A DNA stretch of 64,000 nt from a virus. Its lineage: Duplodnaviria; Caudoviricetes. The notes under the pieces were generated by a model, which saw only the letters and a program-made list of their open reading frames with translations, had not been told where the DNA came from and did no database searches. Positions 19,353-29,295 of this stretch are shown in pieces. The stretch is from the IMG/VR virus record IMGVR_UViG_3300020048_000138, positions 103 to 64,102 of that record. The stretch is one strand, 5' to 3'. Each line of letters opens with the position of its first letter. Position 1 is the first letter of the stretch. Made by a program: the position numbers and the translations under genes.

Positions 19353-20006
19353 TTAATTATATACAGTTGTGTTCTTTTTAACAAGTTCTTCAATTATTCC
19401 CTGTGATTCCATACAAGTACTAGCCATAACATCCGCTGCGTGAAATGCTGCCACTTCAGGTGTTGCTATACAAGCACCATAAAAATCAGCAACGTTCTGG
19501 GTTGTGGAAGGTCCCATGTGCCAGAATATACACTGTTTTTCATGCATAGTTAAAGGTATAAAATCCAACAACATAAGTACACTTTTAGCACCATGGCCAA
19601 ACGGTTCTGTATCAGTTACATACTCGTAACTAGGATAACTTTCCCACTTGTCATTAGCGTCTTTCCGCCAAGCTGTTCTTACTTTATAACGGCCTACTTT
19701 ACATATGTCATGTAACAATGGCACAATATTAACCATATCGTTACACTCTTTAGTGTCTTGTAACAAACCTATACTGTTTAAAGTTTGTACAAACAATGTT
19801 TGTGTAATAATGGAATGAGCTACAAGACCACCGTCATAAGCACTATGATATTTAGCGCTAGCTGGGTCTATGTAAAAAGAACTATTAGCAAGGTACTCTG
19901 TAAGTTTATCAATACCTGGACGTTGTACTGAAGCTAAATTGTCTACTACACGTTTTTTGTTAGCTTTAACAGTAGCTAAATGGGCTGTGAATTGTTCTGA
20001 GTACAT
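19353..20006 (-). CDS. HD-domain phosphohydrolase
   Basis: YHSAYDGGLVAHS, LLHDICK, FGHG, WHMG, HAAD. Confidence 0.88.
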   Translation of the reverse strand: MYSEQFTAHLATVKANKKRVVDNLASVQRPGIDKLTEYLANSSFYIDPASAKYHSAYDGGLVAHSIITQTLFVQTLNSIGLLQDTKECNDMVNIVPLLHDICKVGRYKVRTAWRKDANDKWESYPSYEYVTDTEPFGHGAKSVLMLLDFIPLTMHEKQCIFWHMGPSTTQNVADFYGACIATPEVAAFHAADVMASTCMESQGIIEELVKKNTTVYN

Positions 20007-20014
20007 TGTACCTC

Positions 20015-20683
20015 CTATGCTACGTAGTTAAAAATGGATGCAATTAATTTCTTTGAACTGTCCAACATATTTAGTTTGTACAGTAGGGTAGACCGTTCTG
20101 AGGACAACTGGGACAATTCCAATGTACATGCCTCTGACTCATGTTCAGCATTCGCTAAAGCTGCACGTTGAGGTGCTGCATAAGTTCTACGGTAAGCATC
20201 TCTTTCTCTATCGTTTTTAAGGACATAAAACTCAGGACTCATTACTGCTTCTGCTTCTGTTACCTTAACGGATGTTTCGCAGTCTTTGTAATTTTTTGCG
20301 GCTTTCTTTTTAGCTTCTGTTGCTCTTCTCAACAGAACATCATTATTGTCAAGGTGGTCAAACAAAGAAATTTCCTGGTCCATTAAACTGTGAATTGATG
20401 TTGGGTTAAGTAACTGTTCGTATCCAAGTTTTGGTTTTACTTTGTCAACTCCTACAACCTCTTTGAAAGCTTCCTTTACGGCATCGCGCCCGTTTATTTT
20501 TATAAGTTTTTCAATAGCTTCCGATGGAACACGTATATTAGATTCCAAAGCACTTACTTTAGAAGCTAAACCGGTAAATTCATTTAACAGTACTTCACTA
20601 AGGTCCTGCATTGCTTTTGTGTTTTTGGTAAGTGCTTCGTTCACTAGTTCAATAATACTAACTTCTTTTTTCTCTTCACTCAT
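20015..20683 (-). CDS. Hypothetical coiled-coil protein
   Basis: Long ORF with GGAGG SD in the recombination operon. Confidence 0.7.
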   Translation of the reverse strand: MSEEKKEVSIIELVNEALTKNTKAMQDLSEVLLNEFTGLASKVSALESNIRVPSEAIEKLIKINGRDAVKEAFKEVVGVDKVKPKLGYEQLLNPTSIHSLMDQEISLFDHLDNNDVLLRRATEAKKKAAKNYKDCETSVKVTEAEAVMSPEFYVLKNDRERDAYRRTYAAPQRAALANAEHESEACTLELSQLSSERSTLLYKLNMLDSSKKLIASIFNYVA

Positions 20684-20691
20684 GTTGCCTC

Positions 20692-21678
20692 CTACATTTT
20701 CTGTTTAAGTTTAGAAATAGCTATGTCTACTATTCTAGGTTCTATAAATTCAAGTTCAGCTATCTTTTGGATAATACTGAAAATGTCTATTCTTTCTACT
20801 TTACCGTCATACTTACTTTTTAATAGTGTTGAAAACTCGTCCATAGCATAGTTACGTTCACGTGTTTCGTCAATTTTAGTTCTGTCCAACACTTCATTAC
20901 CTGGAAATGCTGACTGTAAAATAACATCTTCCATAGTAGCAGTTTTGTACTTTATAGTACATATACTGACTTTTATCTTTCTACTTATCTCAGCGTTAGA
21001 TGCACTTGTTCTAAGAATAGAACCAGGGTTGCAATATGTTACACCATTATATTTCAATGTACCGTAACCAATATGGTCATGGCCAGTAACAACCATGTCA
21101 CAATTTGTTTTTACATCTTTTACTAAAGTATAAGTGTTAAAGGGTGGTTTATGTTCCAGCAACATACCATGTACTAAATGAACATTAAAACAATCAGACG
21201 GTAAATTAGCTTCACTATCTCGACTATATCCAAAACCGTCTTTGTCAATTTCATCACAAAAATGTTGACCTGACAAACAAACTTCATTTGGCATTTTACC
21301 AACTTTAAAGGCTTGTTTAGGACTTGTTATAACTATTAAGTTTTCCACAATTAAACTAAGTAAGTACAAAGAAGTTCTGTAATACGTTTTTATGTTCCAG
21401 TTAAACAAGTCGTGGTTTCCTGGTACAGTGTAAATAGGACATTTTATGTTTTCAAGTAGTTTGGCTGCGAACAATAATGTATTGTTATTCACTTGGCCAC
21501 TATTAAAAATGTCTCCAGTTATAGTAACAAAATCCACTTGGTGTTTACTACAAATGTCTCCTATTTCCATAAACTTAGCTGTAAGAGCTTCTTGTACTGG
21601 TGTTAATCTATGTTGTGGAGTACTTAATTGAATGTGTAAATCTCCTATAACCATAAACTTAGTCATGTCAATCCCCAT
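20692..21678 (-). CDS. sbcD: SbcD/Mre11-family metallophosphoesterase nuclease
   Basis: GDLH, GDIF, GNHD, HG, GHDH, NPGS. Confidence 0.92.
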   Translation of the reverse strand: MGIDMTKFMVIGDLHIQLSTPQHRLTPVQEALTAKFMEIGDICSKHQVDFVTITGDIFNSGQVNNNTLLFAAKLLENIKCPIYTVPGNHDLFNWNIKTYYRTSLYLLSLIVENLIVITSPKQAFKVGKMPNEVCLSGQHFCDEIDKDGFGYSRDSEANLPSDCFNVHLVHGMLLEHKPPFNTYTLVKDVKTNCDMVVTGHDHIGYGTLKYNGVTYCNPGSILRTSASNAEISRKIKVSICTIKYKTATMEDVILQSAFPGNEVLDRTKIDETRERNYAMDEFSTLLKSKYDGKVERIDIFSIIQKIAELEFIEPRIVDIAISKLKQKM

Positions 21679-22309
21679 AAGTTACAGTGGCTAAACCATT
21701 TTTCTTTGTTACACACAAAACATTATCGGACATGTCTGCTAACTCTGTGTGATGAGTTACAAGAATAACCTGCCGTTTAAACTTCTGTGCGTATTCTTTA
21801 AGAAAGAAGCCAAGATTAAGTATAGCAGTGCTGTCAATCATTTTACCAACTTCGTCCAGAAATATAGGACCTTCCACTTCAAGTTGTTCTATAATAGCAA
21901 GTTGAAGAGCTAGTGCTACAACCGTTATTTTGCCTCCGCCTTTGCCGGCAAACGGCTTTTTAAGTTGCACTTTAGCAAACCCGTCATCAAGCCAATAGTC
22001 CACTTCATGTTGGTTTCTACGGTCTTCCACTGTTATAGAAAACACGTGACTTCCCCCGTAAATAACATTAAGGGCTGACGACACTATGTTTTCTATATTC
22101 TGCTTAACTGTTGTTTTAGCATACTCTGATGTGTGCTTTAGAAGTATCTGTAATATATCATTGTCTTTTATGAATTGCTTATTTACAGACAGTTTTTCAC
22201 TATGGCCAGCCAAATCAGTTTGTAGCATACTACGTTCGCCTTCTTTTATGGCGAGACTACGACTAAGCATGTTAAGTTTCTCTTCTACCCGTTTAAGTTT
22301 TTCACTCAT
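21668..22309 (-). CDS. sbcC: SbcC/Rad50 ABC-ATPase, C-terminal half
   Basis: Signature-like GGGK, Walker B IFLDE, H-loop ILVTH; no Walker A. Confidence 0.85.
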   Translation of the reverse strand: MSEKLKRVEEKLNMLSRSLAIKEGERSMLQTDLAGHSEKLSVNKQFIKDNDILQILLKHTSEYAKTTVKQNIENIVSSALNVIYGGSHVFSITVEDRRNQHEVDYWLDDGFAKVQLKKPFAGKGGGKITVVALALQLAIIEQLEVEGPIFLDEVGKMIDSTAILNLGFFLKEYAQKFKRQVILVTHHTELADMSDNVLCVTKKNGLATVTYGD

Positions 22310-22548
22310 AACTTGTTAATCTCCAACGTGTCTTCTATGCTACGAAGCAGTGTTTCAAGTTCTGTATCAAGTGCCATAATGTCCTTCTCAATAGTTTCAG
22401 GACTTGTATTGGCATCTTTCATCTGTTTAAGTAATTCGTCCATGTCTTTTTTAGCTCTTTCAAGTCTTTCTTCAAACTGGATTTTAAGTTTCTTGGCTTC
22501 TTCAACTTTCTCTTTTGCCGCTTCAATTCTTTTTAAAGTGTCACTCAT
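22306..22548 (-). CDS. Small coiled-coil protein
   Basis: Continuous heptad pattern; abuts the SbcC C-terminal half. Confidence 0.7.
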   Translation of the reverse strand: MSDTLKRIEAAKEKVEEAKKLKIQFEERLERAKKDMDELLKQMKDANTSPETIEKDIMALDTELETLLRSIEDTLEINKL

Positions 22549-22557
22549 TTTTTCCTC

Positions 22558-23841
22558 CTACTTAAATTTAATAAACACAGGAAATCGTAAACTGTCTCCT
22601 GTATCTGTTACGCCTTGATATTTCACTTCTACTATTTTACCTTTTAATCTATGTCTTATTTTCCAAAGTTCAGCTCTCTGTTCATCATTAAAACCAGTGC
22701 CTACTTCACTTATAAATGACATACCGTCTATTTTTCCCATAACTTCTAAAGCACCTAACATGCCTTCATACTTGCCTTGACCTTCGTGTAACTCAGTGAT
22801 AGTTGCGTCTGTCTCCTTAAATATTTTGTACTTAAGTAGATAATCACTACGCTTATAGTCATAATGAACTGTAACATGTCTTAACATAACGCCTTCGTAG
22901 CCTTGCTTTACGTACTCAATACACAAGTCACGTATACCTTGTGGTACATTGTACACACGGGTATATTCTACAACCTCGATGTCCGGTATGTCCTTTAAGT
23001 CGTCTTTTATACAGTCCAGTATCTGTACCATTTCAATAGTTGATTTTATAGCAGGACTTGTGCAAGCAAATATAACATACTTAACAGCTTTCTCCTTGCT
23101 TGTTTTGTTCATTAGTTCACTCTGTATAGCCTGGAACTGTATGTCTTTAGTGTACATTTCACCGTCTAACATAAGTAAATCATACTTGTAACATATTTTA
23201 TCAAGTATATCTTTCTTGTGTTCCATTCCAGTGTATTTTTTATTGCCCCGTGTGTAGACTTCATTTGCCGCCCTTACGTAATAAGCTCTAAGCCCGTCCA
23301 TTTTAGGACTAGCAAAAAATACATCACCGTATTTTTGATGTTTAGCTGGGTTGTAAACATTAGCTAACTGAACCTGGAATACGCCTACGAAGTCTTCAGC
23401 GAATAAAGCTCTGTACGCTTTATTAGCTGTTTTATATGTAAAGTAACAAGGATTTTTAGCTAACACAAAGTTACACAAATCTACGACTTGTGTAGATTCA
23501 GCATATATAATAGAAGCAAACTCTTGTATAGCGTAAGTACCAGAAATTACTCTTTTAGACACTTTATCACAAAACTCAGGAAACGAAAAAGATGGTGCCT
23601 TTAATATATCCGTGTGATTAACACAGTATTCCATACTAGCATTTATACACTGACTTGAAAAATTACTAGTCCAATCAGGGTCTAAATAGTTATGTAACAA
23701 ACCTAATTCAATATCATTAGCTTTAAGAAAAAACTCTTTAAGCAAGTGTATCTGATAAGTAGATGCTGAACCGGCTTTGATGGATAATCTAAACAATTCA
23801 TGTAAATTGTCGTAGGTGCATGGTGTTTCTGCTTTTTGCAT
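22558..23841 (-). CDS. lig: ATP-dependent DNA ligase
   Basis: SPKMDGLR (KxDG), LDGEMY, YEGVML, LLKYK, OB-fold VGTGF...RFPVF. Confidence 0.95.
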   Translation of the reverse strand: MQKAETPCTYDNLHELFRLSIKAGSASTYQIHLLKEFFLKANDIELGLLHNYLDPDWTSNFSSQCINASMEYCVNHTDILKAPSFSFPEFCDKVSKRVISGTYAIQEFASIIYAESTQVVDLCNFVLAKNPCYFTYKTANKAYRALFAEDFVGVFQVQLANVYNPAKHQKYGDVFFASPKMDGLRAYYVRAANEVYTRGNKKYTGMEHKKDILDKICYKYDLLMLDGEMYTKDIQFQAIQSELMNKTSKEKAVKYVIFACTSPAIKSTIEMVQILDCIKDDLKDIPDIEVVEYTRVYNVPQGIRDLCIEYVKQGYEGVMLRHVTVHYDYKRSDYLLKYKIFKETDATITELHEGQGKYEGMLGALEVMGKIDGMSFISEVGTGFNDEQRAELWKIRHRLKGKIVEVKYQGVTDTGDSLRFPVFIKFK

Positions 23842-24173
23842 TAAACTTCCTCACAATATAGTATAATAACGCCTTTGTCGGCTAATTCATCCAATGTAAA
23901 CTCAAGTAAATGCTCACCATCAAAATAGTCGTCATAACCTTCCAGTACATGTTTTATAGCTAAGTACTTAGACGTAGCATTTATAACAACAGTTACTTCG
24001 GTACTACCATAATCTTCACTATACACTATTTTGAAATTTTTAGTTGTGGTTGTAGTATAGTCTTCCAGTTTAGTTTTGCAATAAGGACAAAACATAAATT
24101 TCAATACTCTGGAAAACATGTGATTGCATAAAGGACAATGTTTCATATTAAACTCCGTAGTGTTTACAACCAT
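23841..24173 (-). CDS. Small zinc-ribbon protein
   Basis: CPLC...CPYC; likely start MKHCPLC. Confidence 0.55.
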   Translation of the reverse strand: MVVNTTEFNMKHCPLCNHMFSRVLKFMFCPYCKTKLEDYTTTTTKNFKIVYSEDYGSTEVTVVINATSKYLAIKHVLEGYDDYFDGEHLLEFTLDELADKGVIILYCEEV

Positions 24174-25707
24174 CTATTGTAGTGTTACACAAAGGACATA
24201 CGCCAAGTTCTTTAAACATAACGTCTACTACTTGACTAAATTCCTGTACATTATTAGTGGCTATCTGGACTGTTTGCATGTATTCCTTAACCGCGTTGTC
24301 AGTTAACTTATGTTGTACTTTTAAAGTAGCCAATTTTTTATATGTATTAACTAAGTAGTCCAAATTATCAAGTCTTAAATTTATATGACTTGTGTATTGT
24401 GTTATGTAGTATTCACATTCCATAATGTCCCTAGTAACAAAATCATAACCAGCATCAGTATGTTGTAATGCCATACACTTATTATACTTAGTTATGTACT
24501 CAGCAATTTTATCCTGTAAACTAACCATGTTATTTAATGGTATCTGTTTATCAGTAAGTGTTTTTACTGTGTTATGTGTTTTAATATACTCACTACTAAG
24601 TTTCATGTATATATTTCTACCATTTAAAGCGTCTTTCACATGGTTAAGTGTATCAATCAAACTCAGTATATTATCTGTCACTTTAAGTTGTGATGTACAC
24701 CGACTTTCTGTTAAAAGCAATTCCTGCCTATTATGTTTCATAGTAACACACTTTTGTATAGTATTGTACATCTTTAGACCAATATACAAACTGTCTTCTT
24801 TTAAACTTATCTGTGTACATGCCCATACTTTCGGTTGTAAAGTGTTAGTAGTCAATACGCAGGTATTGTACTGACTACTAAACTTGGACAAACTTGTTAT
24901 TCGGACAAGTTTGTCCAGACACAAGGAGGCTATCCCGTGCAATTTGTCAACGTCCGGAAGACGATTCAACTTATCTTGTATGTCTTGTATATGACTTTTA
25001 TAAGTCTTCAACAAACCATTTAATCCATTTAATGTTGTTTGTTTGTCACTTACTAAGTAACATTTACGAACCAGTTCTTTACATTGTTTAACGCACTGTA
25101 ACTGGTTGTCTAAATTAGAATAAGCTTCTAACTTTGTATTTAATGCTGCAATAAAACTTTCAAGATTAGTATTCTCTCTTTTTATGTTGAAAGCGTCAGT
25201 AGACAATTCTTTTGCTGTGATGTCTACAACCTCAGTGTTTGCCAACCGTCCTAAAATAAAAGCGCCTGTGCTAGGAGCTTCAGACAACAGAAAAGGCATA
25301 TCCAACTGGAATACAAAATTAAGTTCAAGTTCAATAGAACCAAACTCATACACGTTCTGTATACCTAAACAAGCTCTTATCTCCTCTGGCATTTCTGTCT
25401 TAAAATACTTCTCGTCTTCTATTGTGTAGTAAGTCTGGCCATTAGCAGTTCTTGTCTTAGACATAGTTATTCCGTCTATAACCAACTCAACAGTTGTTTC
25501 TTTAGCTTCAACTGTTTTACCTTTATCAGTAACACATGTTCTGAACTTATCACCTTTAGGTTCACCCATAGAGAACCAGCGAATAGCATGTAATATACTG
25601 GACTTACCGGAATCATTAAAACCTGTGATACTGTTCAATCCATCTGTGAAATTAAACTCTGTGTCTAAATGACTCATAAATCCTTTTATTCTAACAACTT
25701 CCAACAT
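24148..25707 (-). CDS. sbcC: SbcC/Rad50 ABC-ATPase, N-terminal half with coiled coil and zinc hook
   Basis: Walker A GFNDSGKS, Q-loop FVFQLD, long coiled coil ending in CPLC. Confidence 0.88.
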   Translation of the reverse strand: MLEVVRIKGFMSHLDTEFNFTDGLNSITGFNDSGKSSILHAIRWFSMGEPKGDKFRTCVTDKGKTVEAKETTVELVIDGITMSKTRTANGQTYYTIEDEKYFKTEMPEEIRACLGIQNVYEFGSIELELNFVFQLDMPFLLSEAPSTGAFILGRLANTEVVDITAKELSTDAFNIKRENTNLESFIAALNTKLEAYSNLDNQLQCVKQCKELVRKCYLVSDKQTTLNGLNGLLKTYKSHIQDIQDKLNRLPDVDKLHGIASLCLDKLVRITSLSKFSSQYNTCVLTTNTLQPKVWACTQISLKEDSLYIGLKMYNTIQKCVTMKHNRQELLLTESRCTSQLKVTDNILSLIDTLNHVKDALNGRNIYMKLSSEYIKTHNTVKTLTDKQIPLNNMVSLQDKIAEYITKYNKCMALQHTDAGYDFVTRDIMECEYYITQYTSHINLRLDNLDYLVNTYKKLATLKVQHKLTDNAVKEYMQTVQIATNNVQEFSQVVDVMFKELGVCPLCNTTIDGCKHYGV

Positions 25708-25747
25708 GGCCTTTCTCCTGAAAATCCATTAAAATCATCTAAATTCA

Positions 25748-25775
25748 ATTATATTCATTTATTTTCCATTTTCAA
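25748..25775 (-). promoter_or_regulatory. Sigma70-type promoter (copy 2 of the duplicated promoter/leader)
   Basis: TTGAAA-16bp-TATAAT upstream of sbcC-N. Confidence 0.75.
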
Positions 25776-25880
25776 CTTTTTTTGATATAGAAGTATAAAT
25801 TAATTTTACGGCGGAAATTCTACAACCTCTTTAACTGGTTGTAGTGTACTTTTACACTTATAAAAATTACTATGGATTTC

Positions 25881-26000
25881 CATAAATCAAAAAATCAAAT
25901 ATAATGATATATATATAAAAATTGAAGGGGTATAGATATTTATAAATAATTATTTAGATAGAAAATTATATCCCTAGAAAAAAAAGAGGGGGGTGGAATT
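25881..26000. repeat. Arm A of a diverged long-range inverted repeat (partner 53421-53546)
   Basis: Reverse complement shares ACCCCCCTCTTTTTTTT, TATAAATATCwATACCCCTT and ATTATATTTGATTTT blocks with 53421-53546. Confidence 0.8.
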
Positions 26001-26214
26001 ATCGAGATTTTCAGAAAAAAGGTTGTTTCTAAAGTTAATAGAACTAGGAAGCACTCTTTAAGAGGTTGTAAACCCATCCAACCCTTGTCAACTCCAGTCT
26101 CCTACTTCCATTATCTATGAATACATACGGAAAATAAAAGATTATCAACTGTAAGAGAACTGTGCGAACATAAATGATAACTGGATTTATATATATTATA
26201 AGAAATCAGATATA

Positions 26215-26748
26215 TTATAGAAATTTCTCGAAAGTAAGTGTAATACTACTATTCAGATTTGTTTTTAACCATTCTCTGAACTTTTTCATGTTAATTAAAG
26301 GACATGATTTGTCCTTGTTAAGTTCATAATGGCCAACTACAGAGTCGACGTTTACAACCTCTTTGTGGGTTTGTAAAAGATTTGAAAGCAACTTCACAAG
26401 TGTTACCAGTTGTTTCTTAGTGTATTTACCTTTGCCAACAAGACAGATACCAATAGACTCTATATTGTGACCTTCCACGTGAGCACCTATCTCAGGAGAC
26501 TCGATAAAGTTATCGTTATCAATCAAACGACCATTTTCAAGTAAACCGTCAGACTCAGGAACAAACTGTTTGCTTGTAGTTGGATAACCATTACAAATAA
26601 CATAATGGTAGCCTATTGTTCTCCAACCGCGTGCTTTATGCCAGTCTGTGATAATTTTAGCATTACCGAAAGATGAATCACTGCAATGTATAACTATGTA
26701 TTTTATTTTCTTGTCTGTCATCGTATACCTCCTATATTTTTCCTTCAT
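26215..26748 (-). CDS. Endolysin, N-acetylmuramoyl-L-alanine amidase (Amidase_2, T7 lysozyme-like)
   Basis: IVIHCS, IGYHY, GAHVEGHN, GHYE...KSCP; likely start MTDKK. Confidence 0.92.
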   Translation of the reverse strand: MKEKYRRYTMTDKKIKYIVIHCSDSSFGNAKIITDWHKARGWRTIGYHYVICNGYPTTSKQFVPESDGLLENGRLIDNDNFIESPEIGAHVEGHNIESIGICLVGKGKYTKKQLVTLVKLLSNLLQTHKEVVNVDSVVGHYELNKDKSCPLINMKKFREWLKTNLNSSITLTFEKFL

Positions 26749-27382
26749 TATGTAACCTTATAAGTTCATTGTCTAGTTCGCCATTCATAGACTTACCTAC
26801 ACGTTCAATGTCAATCATGGTCCAGTGGAAGGCATGTAACATACCGTCTAAGATAGCTACTCGCTTGTCTGTATCGGTATAAAAGTCAGAAGTACAAATA
26901 AATTCTAAATATGCAATAGTAGAATCAATTTTTGGTTTGTGGAATGTGTAAAATCTAGTTATAAATACTTCAGGTACATGATACAACCGCCATTGTGTTT
27001 CGTAAGTTGTTATAATGTCGTTTACTAAGTCTCTCACTTTAGACACATTTAAACTATCTGAAGTTATACATGACTCTAAAATGTCACGTCCTGCTTCAAA
27101 CTTCTTAATCATGGCAAATGTCATAATCTTTTTACGTAGAGGGTTTTCAATTTGCAGATTAGGTATTTTATGTTCTATATAGTACTTCATTCTGCTCCAA
27201 AAAGGATGTGCATTTAAGTCAATTTTTTTACGACGTTTCTTGTACATGTAAATAAAATGACCAAACAGTGCAGTAGCTACGCCGACTAGACCAAGGGCAA
27301 GATAAGTATTGCCCTTGGCTATAACGGCACTAGTTACGGCAGAAAGAAAAGCTATAATGGCTACAACTATTTCTTTTGGCAT
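26732..27382 (-). CDS. Membrane protein, holin/antiholin candidate
   Basis: Two N-terminal hydrophobic helices followed by a basic patch; directly upstream of the endolysin. Confidence 0.45.
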   Translation of the reverse strand: MPKEIVVAIIAFLSAVTSAVIAKGNTYLALGLVGVATALFGHFIYMYKKRRKKIDLNAHPFWSRMKYYIEHKIPNLQIENPLRKKIMTFAMIKKFEAGRDILESCITSDSLNVSKVRDLVNDIITTYETQWRLYHVPEVFITRFYTFHKPKIDSTIAYLEFICTSDFYTDTDKRVAILDGMLHAFHWTMIDIERVGKSMNGELDNELIRLHNEGKI

Positions 27383-27390
27383 AAACTCTC

Positions 27391-28740
27391 CTATATGTAC
27401 CAGTCGTTAGTGAATATGACATCACTATCCACTTCAACCATGCCTTGCATATATTTAGCAGGTACTGTGTTAGCAAATCTGATAACAGTACCAACTAAAA
27501 AGTCGTCGTCGTAGGTAGGAACACCGCCAATTACATTGGGTCTAATGCATGCAAAGTTCTGTTGAACAGTAGGCAACCATGTCCATAAGTCCATAGTATA
27601 ACCTAAATAAGAACCTGTTACAAAGTATACGTATCCGTTTTTTACACCCAACACGCGTAAGGAACCTCTGTATTCAACAATACCACCAACACTAAACATG
27701 TCCATTAAAGCACCATGTAAAGGTGTAAATGCGTTAAGCTGAGCTCCTGGTGCTGAGGCATAAGCTTGGGTAAAGAATGGAAGTTTCCAGCACTTCAACT
27801 GAAGTTTGCCCGAATAGTTGTTACTTGAACCATCTACATCAAACTTATATTTGCTGAAAAAAGATGGTGTGTACACGTCTTCCCATGTACTATGCATTGT
27901 TACAGAAGTAGCAACACCCATTGTCTGCTGTATCCAAACAGTCTCAGTTGGTTCAGTAAGACCACCGTTTGTTTTAGGCAAGTTGTCAAGTTCTGTTACG
28001 TCTGAGTCATGGCATTTTATAAAGGTTGTTGTACCTTCATACACAGTGTTTTCATACACTTTTGCGTTACTCTGACTTATGTACAGACCAGTTGTCTGGC
28101 TTACACTAACTTTACCGAAGATACAGTTAGCTATTTCTATCAAACGACAATCATAAACTGCCATACCTTGGGTAGTACTTCTGAACTGGAAGTTACCTTG
28201 TATAAATATCTTTGCTGAGCAGTTTCTAACCTGGAATGTGGTTGCTACGTCTATAAGTCCTGATGACGCATAGATTTTAATGTAACCGCCGAAGAAGCCA
28301 AACAATTTCGGCAAGGTGACTCCTGACTCGGCATTTGCAACCGTAAGCGTGTAAGACGTACCATTAAGATTACGAGGAAGCGCGTTCACAAAGGTTGTAA
28401 GAGCTGCGATAGTAGCAAAGGACTGTGAAATAGTCATTGTAGCAACAGGATTAAGTCTTTGGTTAGCAATTGACGCATTCATTAAGTCTGTTAATGTGTC
28501 TAAGGAAGTGTCCAAAGCACTAATAGCTAAGTCTACGTCATTGTTAACAATTTCTTGTTCATCAAAAAAGTCACTAACAAAGTCTTCCCATTCTGTGATA
28601 CAAACAAGCATCCAGTTAAAATGGGCATAAGGAAAGTCTTCAACAACATAACCAGCTAATTTCTTAACTGAGTCAGGTTCACTTACTCTGGATGGGTCAG
28701 CTGGATTCCATCCTAGTTGTTTGATTGGTTTAGTAGCCAT
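27391..28740 (-). CDS. Tail fiber/spike protein
   Basis: Baseplate-anchor-type N-terminus, coiled segment and beta-helix-like region; follows the wedge gene. Confidence 0.7.
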   Translation of the reverse strand: MATKPIKQLGWNPADPSRVSEPDSVKKLAGYVVEDFPYAHFNWMLVCITEWEDFVSDFFDEQEIVNNDVDLAISALDTSLDTLTDLMNASIANQRLNPVATMTISQSFATIAALTTFVNALPRNLNGTSYTLTVANAESGVTLPKLFGFFGGYIKIYASSGLIDVATTFQVRNCSAKIFIQGNFQFRSTTQGMAVYDCRLIEIANCIFGKVSVSQTTGLYISQSNAKVYENTVYEGTTTFIKCHDSDVTELDNLPKTNGGLTEPTETVWIQQTMGVATSVTMHSTWEDVYTPSFFSKYKFDVDGSSNNYSGKLQLKCWKLPFFTQAYASAPGAQLNAFTPLHGALMDMFSVGGIVEYRGSLRVLGVKNGYVYFVTGSYLGYTMDLWTWLPTVQQNFACIRPNVIGGVPTYDDDFLVGTVIRFANTVPAKYMQGMVEVDSDVIFTNDWYI

Positions 28741-28749
28741 GCATACCTC

Positions 28750-29295
28750 CTAGTATACTTCTGAAAATTGACCGCCTTGCCCTGGTGTAGCTAAGTCGGC
28801 GAAACCTAAATAATTTGGATTTGGTTGACTTGTTAGTTCCGAAAAACCAAAAGTTAAATTAGAAGCAGGTACAATTGTATGAATGTCACCAACTCTTACG
28901 CCACCCATAACAGCGCCCTTTATAAGGTTACGTAGTTCTGACTTAGGATAAGTAATAGGCCAATTGTCCCACGTTGTGTATATTTCAATGTACATAGGAT
29001 ACAATTCTAAGTATACTACGTTGTTGTTCAAAAACAATTCAAGGGCTGTTAAAATGTCATCTACTGTACCACGTGAACTGATAGCAGCAGCTTTTGCTTT
29101 CAAAAATAGTCTATAAACGCTATCAGATAGACCGTTACGTGCCTGTACAAGAAACTCACCTATATAGTCCAGTTCCAAGCCTTCAGCTATATCAATAGAC
29201 ATTTTATGGTACATACTTAAACAAGCGTTGTCTATTTCTTGTAACTGGTTAACAAACATACCCGTCATAAAGTCCACTATTGCTATGCGACCCAT
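28750..29295 (-). CDS. Baseplate wedge protein (DUF2612-like)
   Basis: AEGLELDYIGEFL...DSVYRLFLKAK...FGF. Confidence 0.75.
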   Translation of the reverse strand: MGRIAIVDFMTGMFVNQLQEIDNACLSMYHKMSIDIAEGLELDYIGEFLVQARNGLSDSVYRLFLKAKAAAISSRGTVDDILTALELFLNNNVVYLELYPMYIEIYTTWDNWPITYPKSELRNLIKGAVMGGVRVGDIHTIVPASNLTFGFSELTSQPNPNYLGFADLATPGQGGQFSEVY

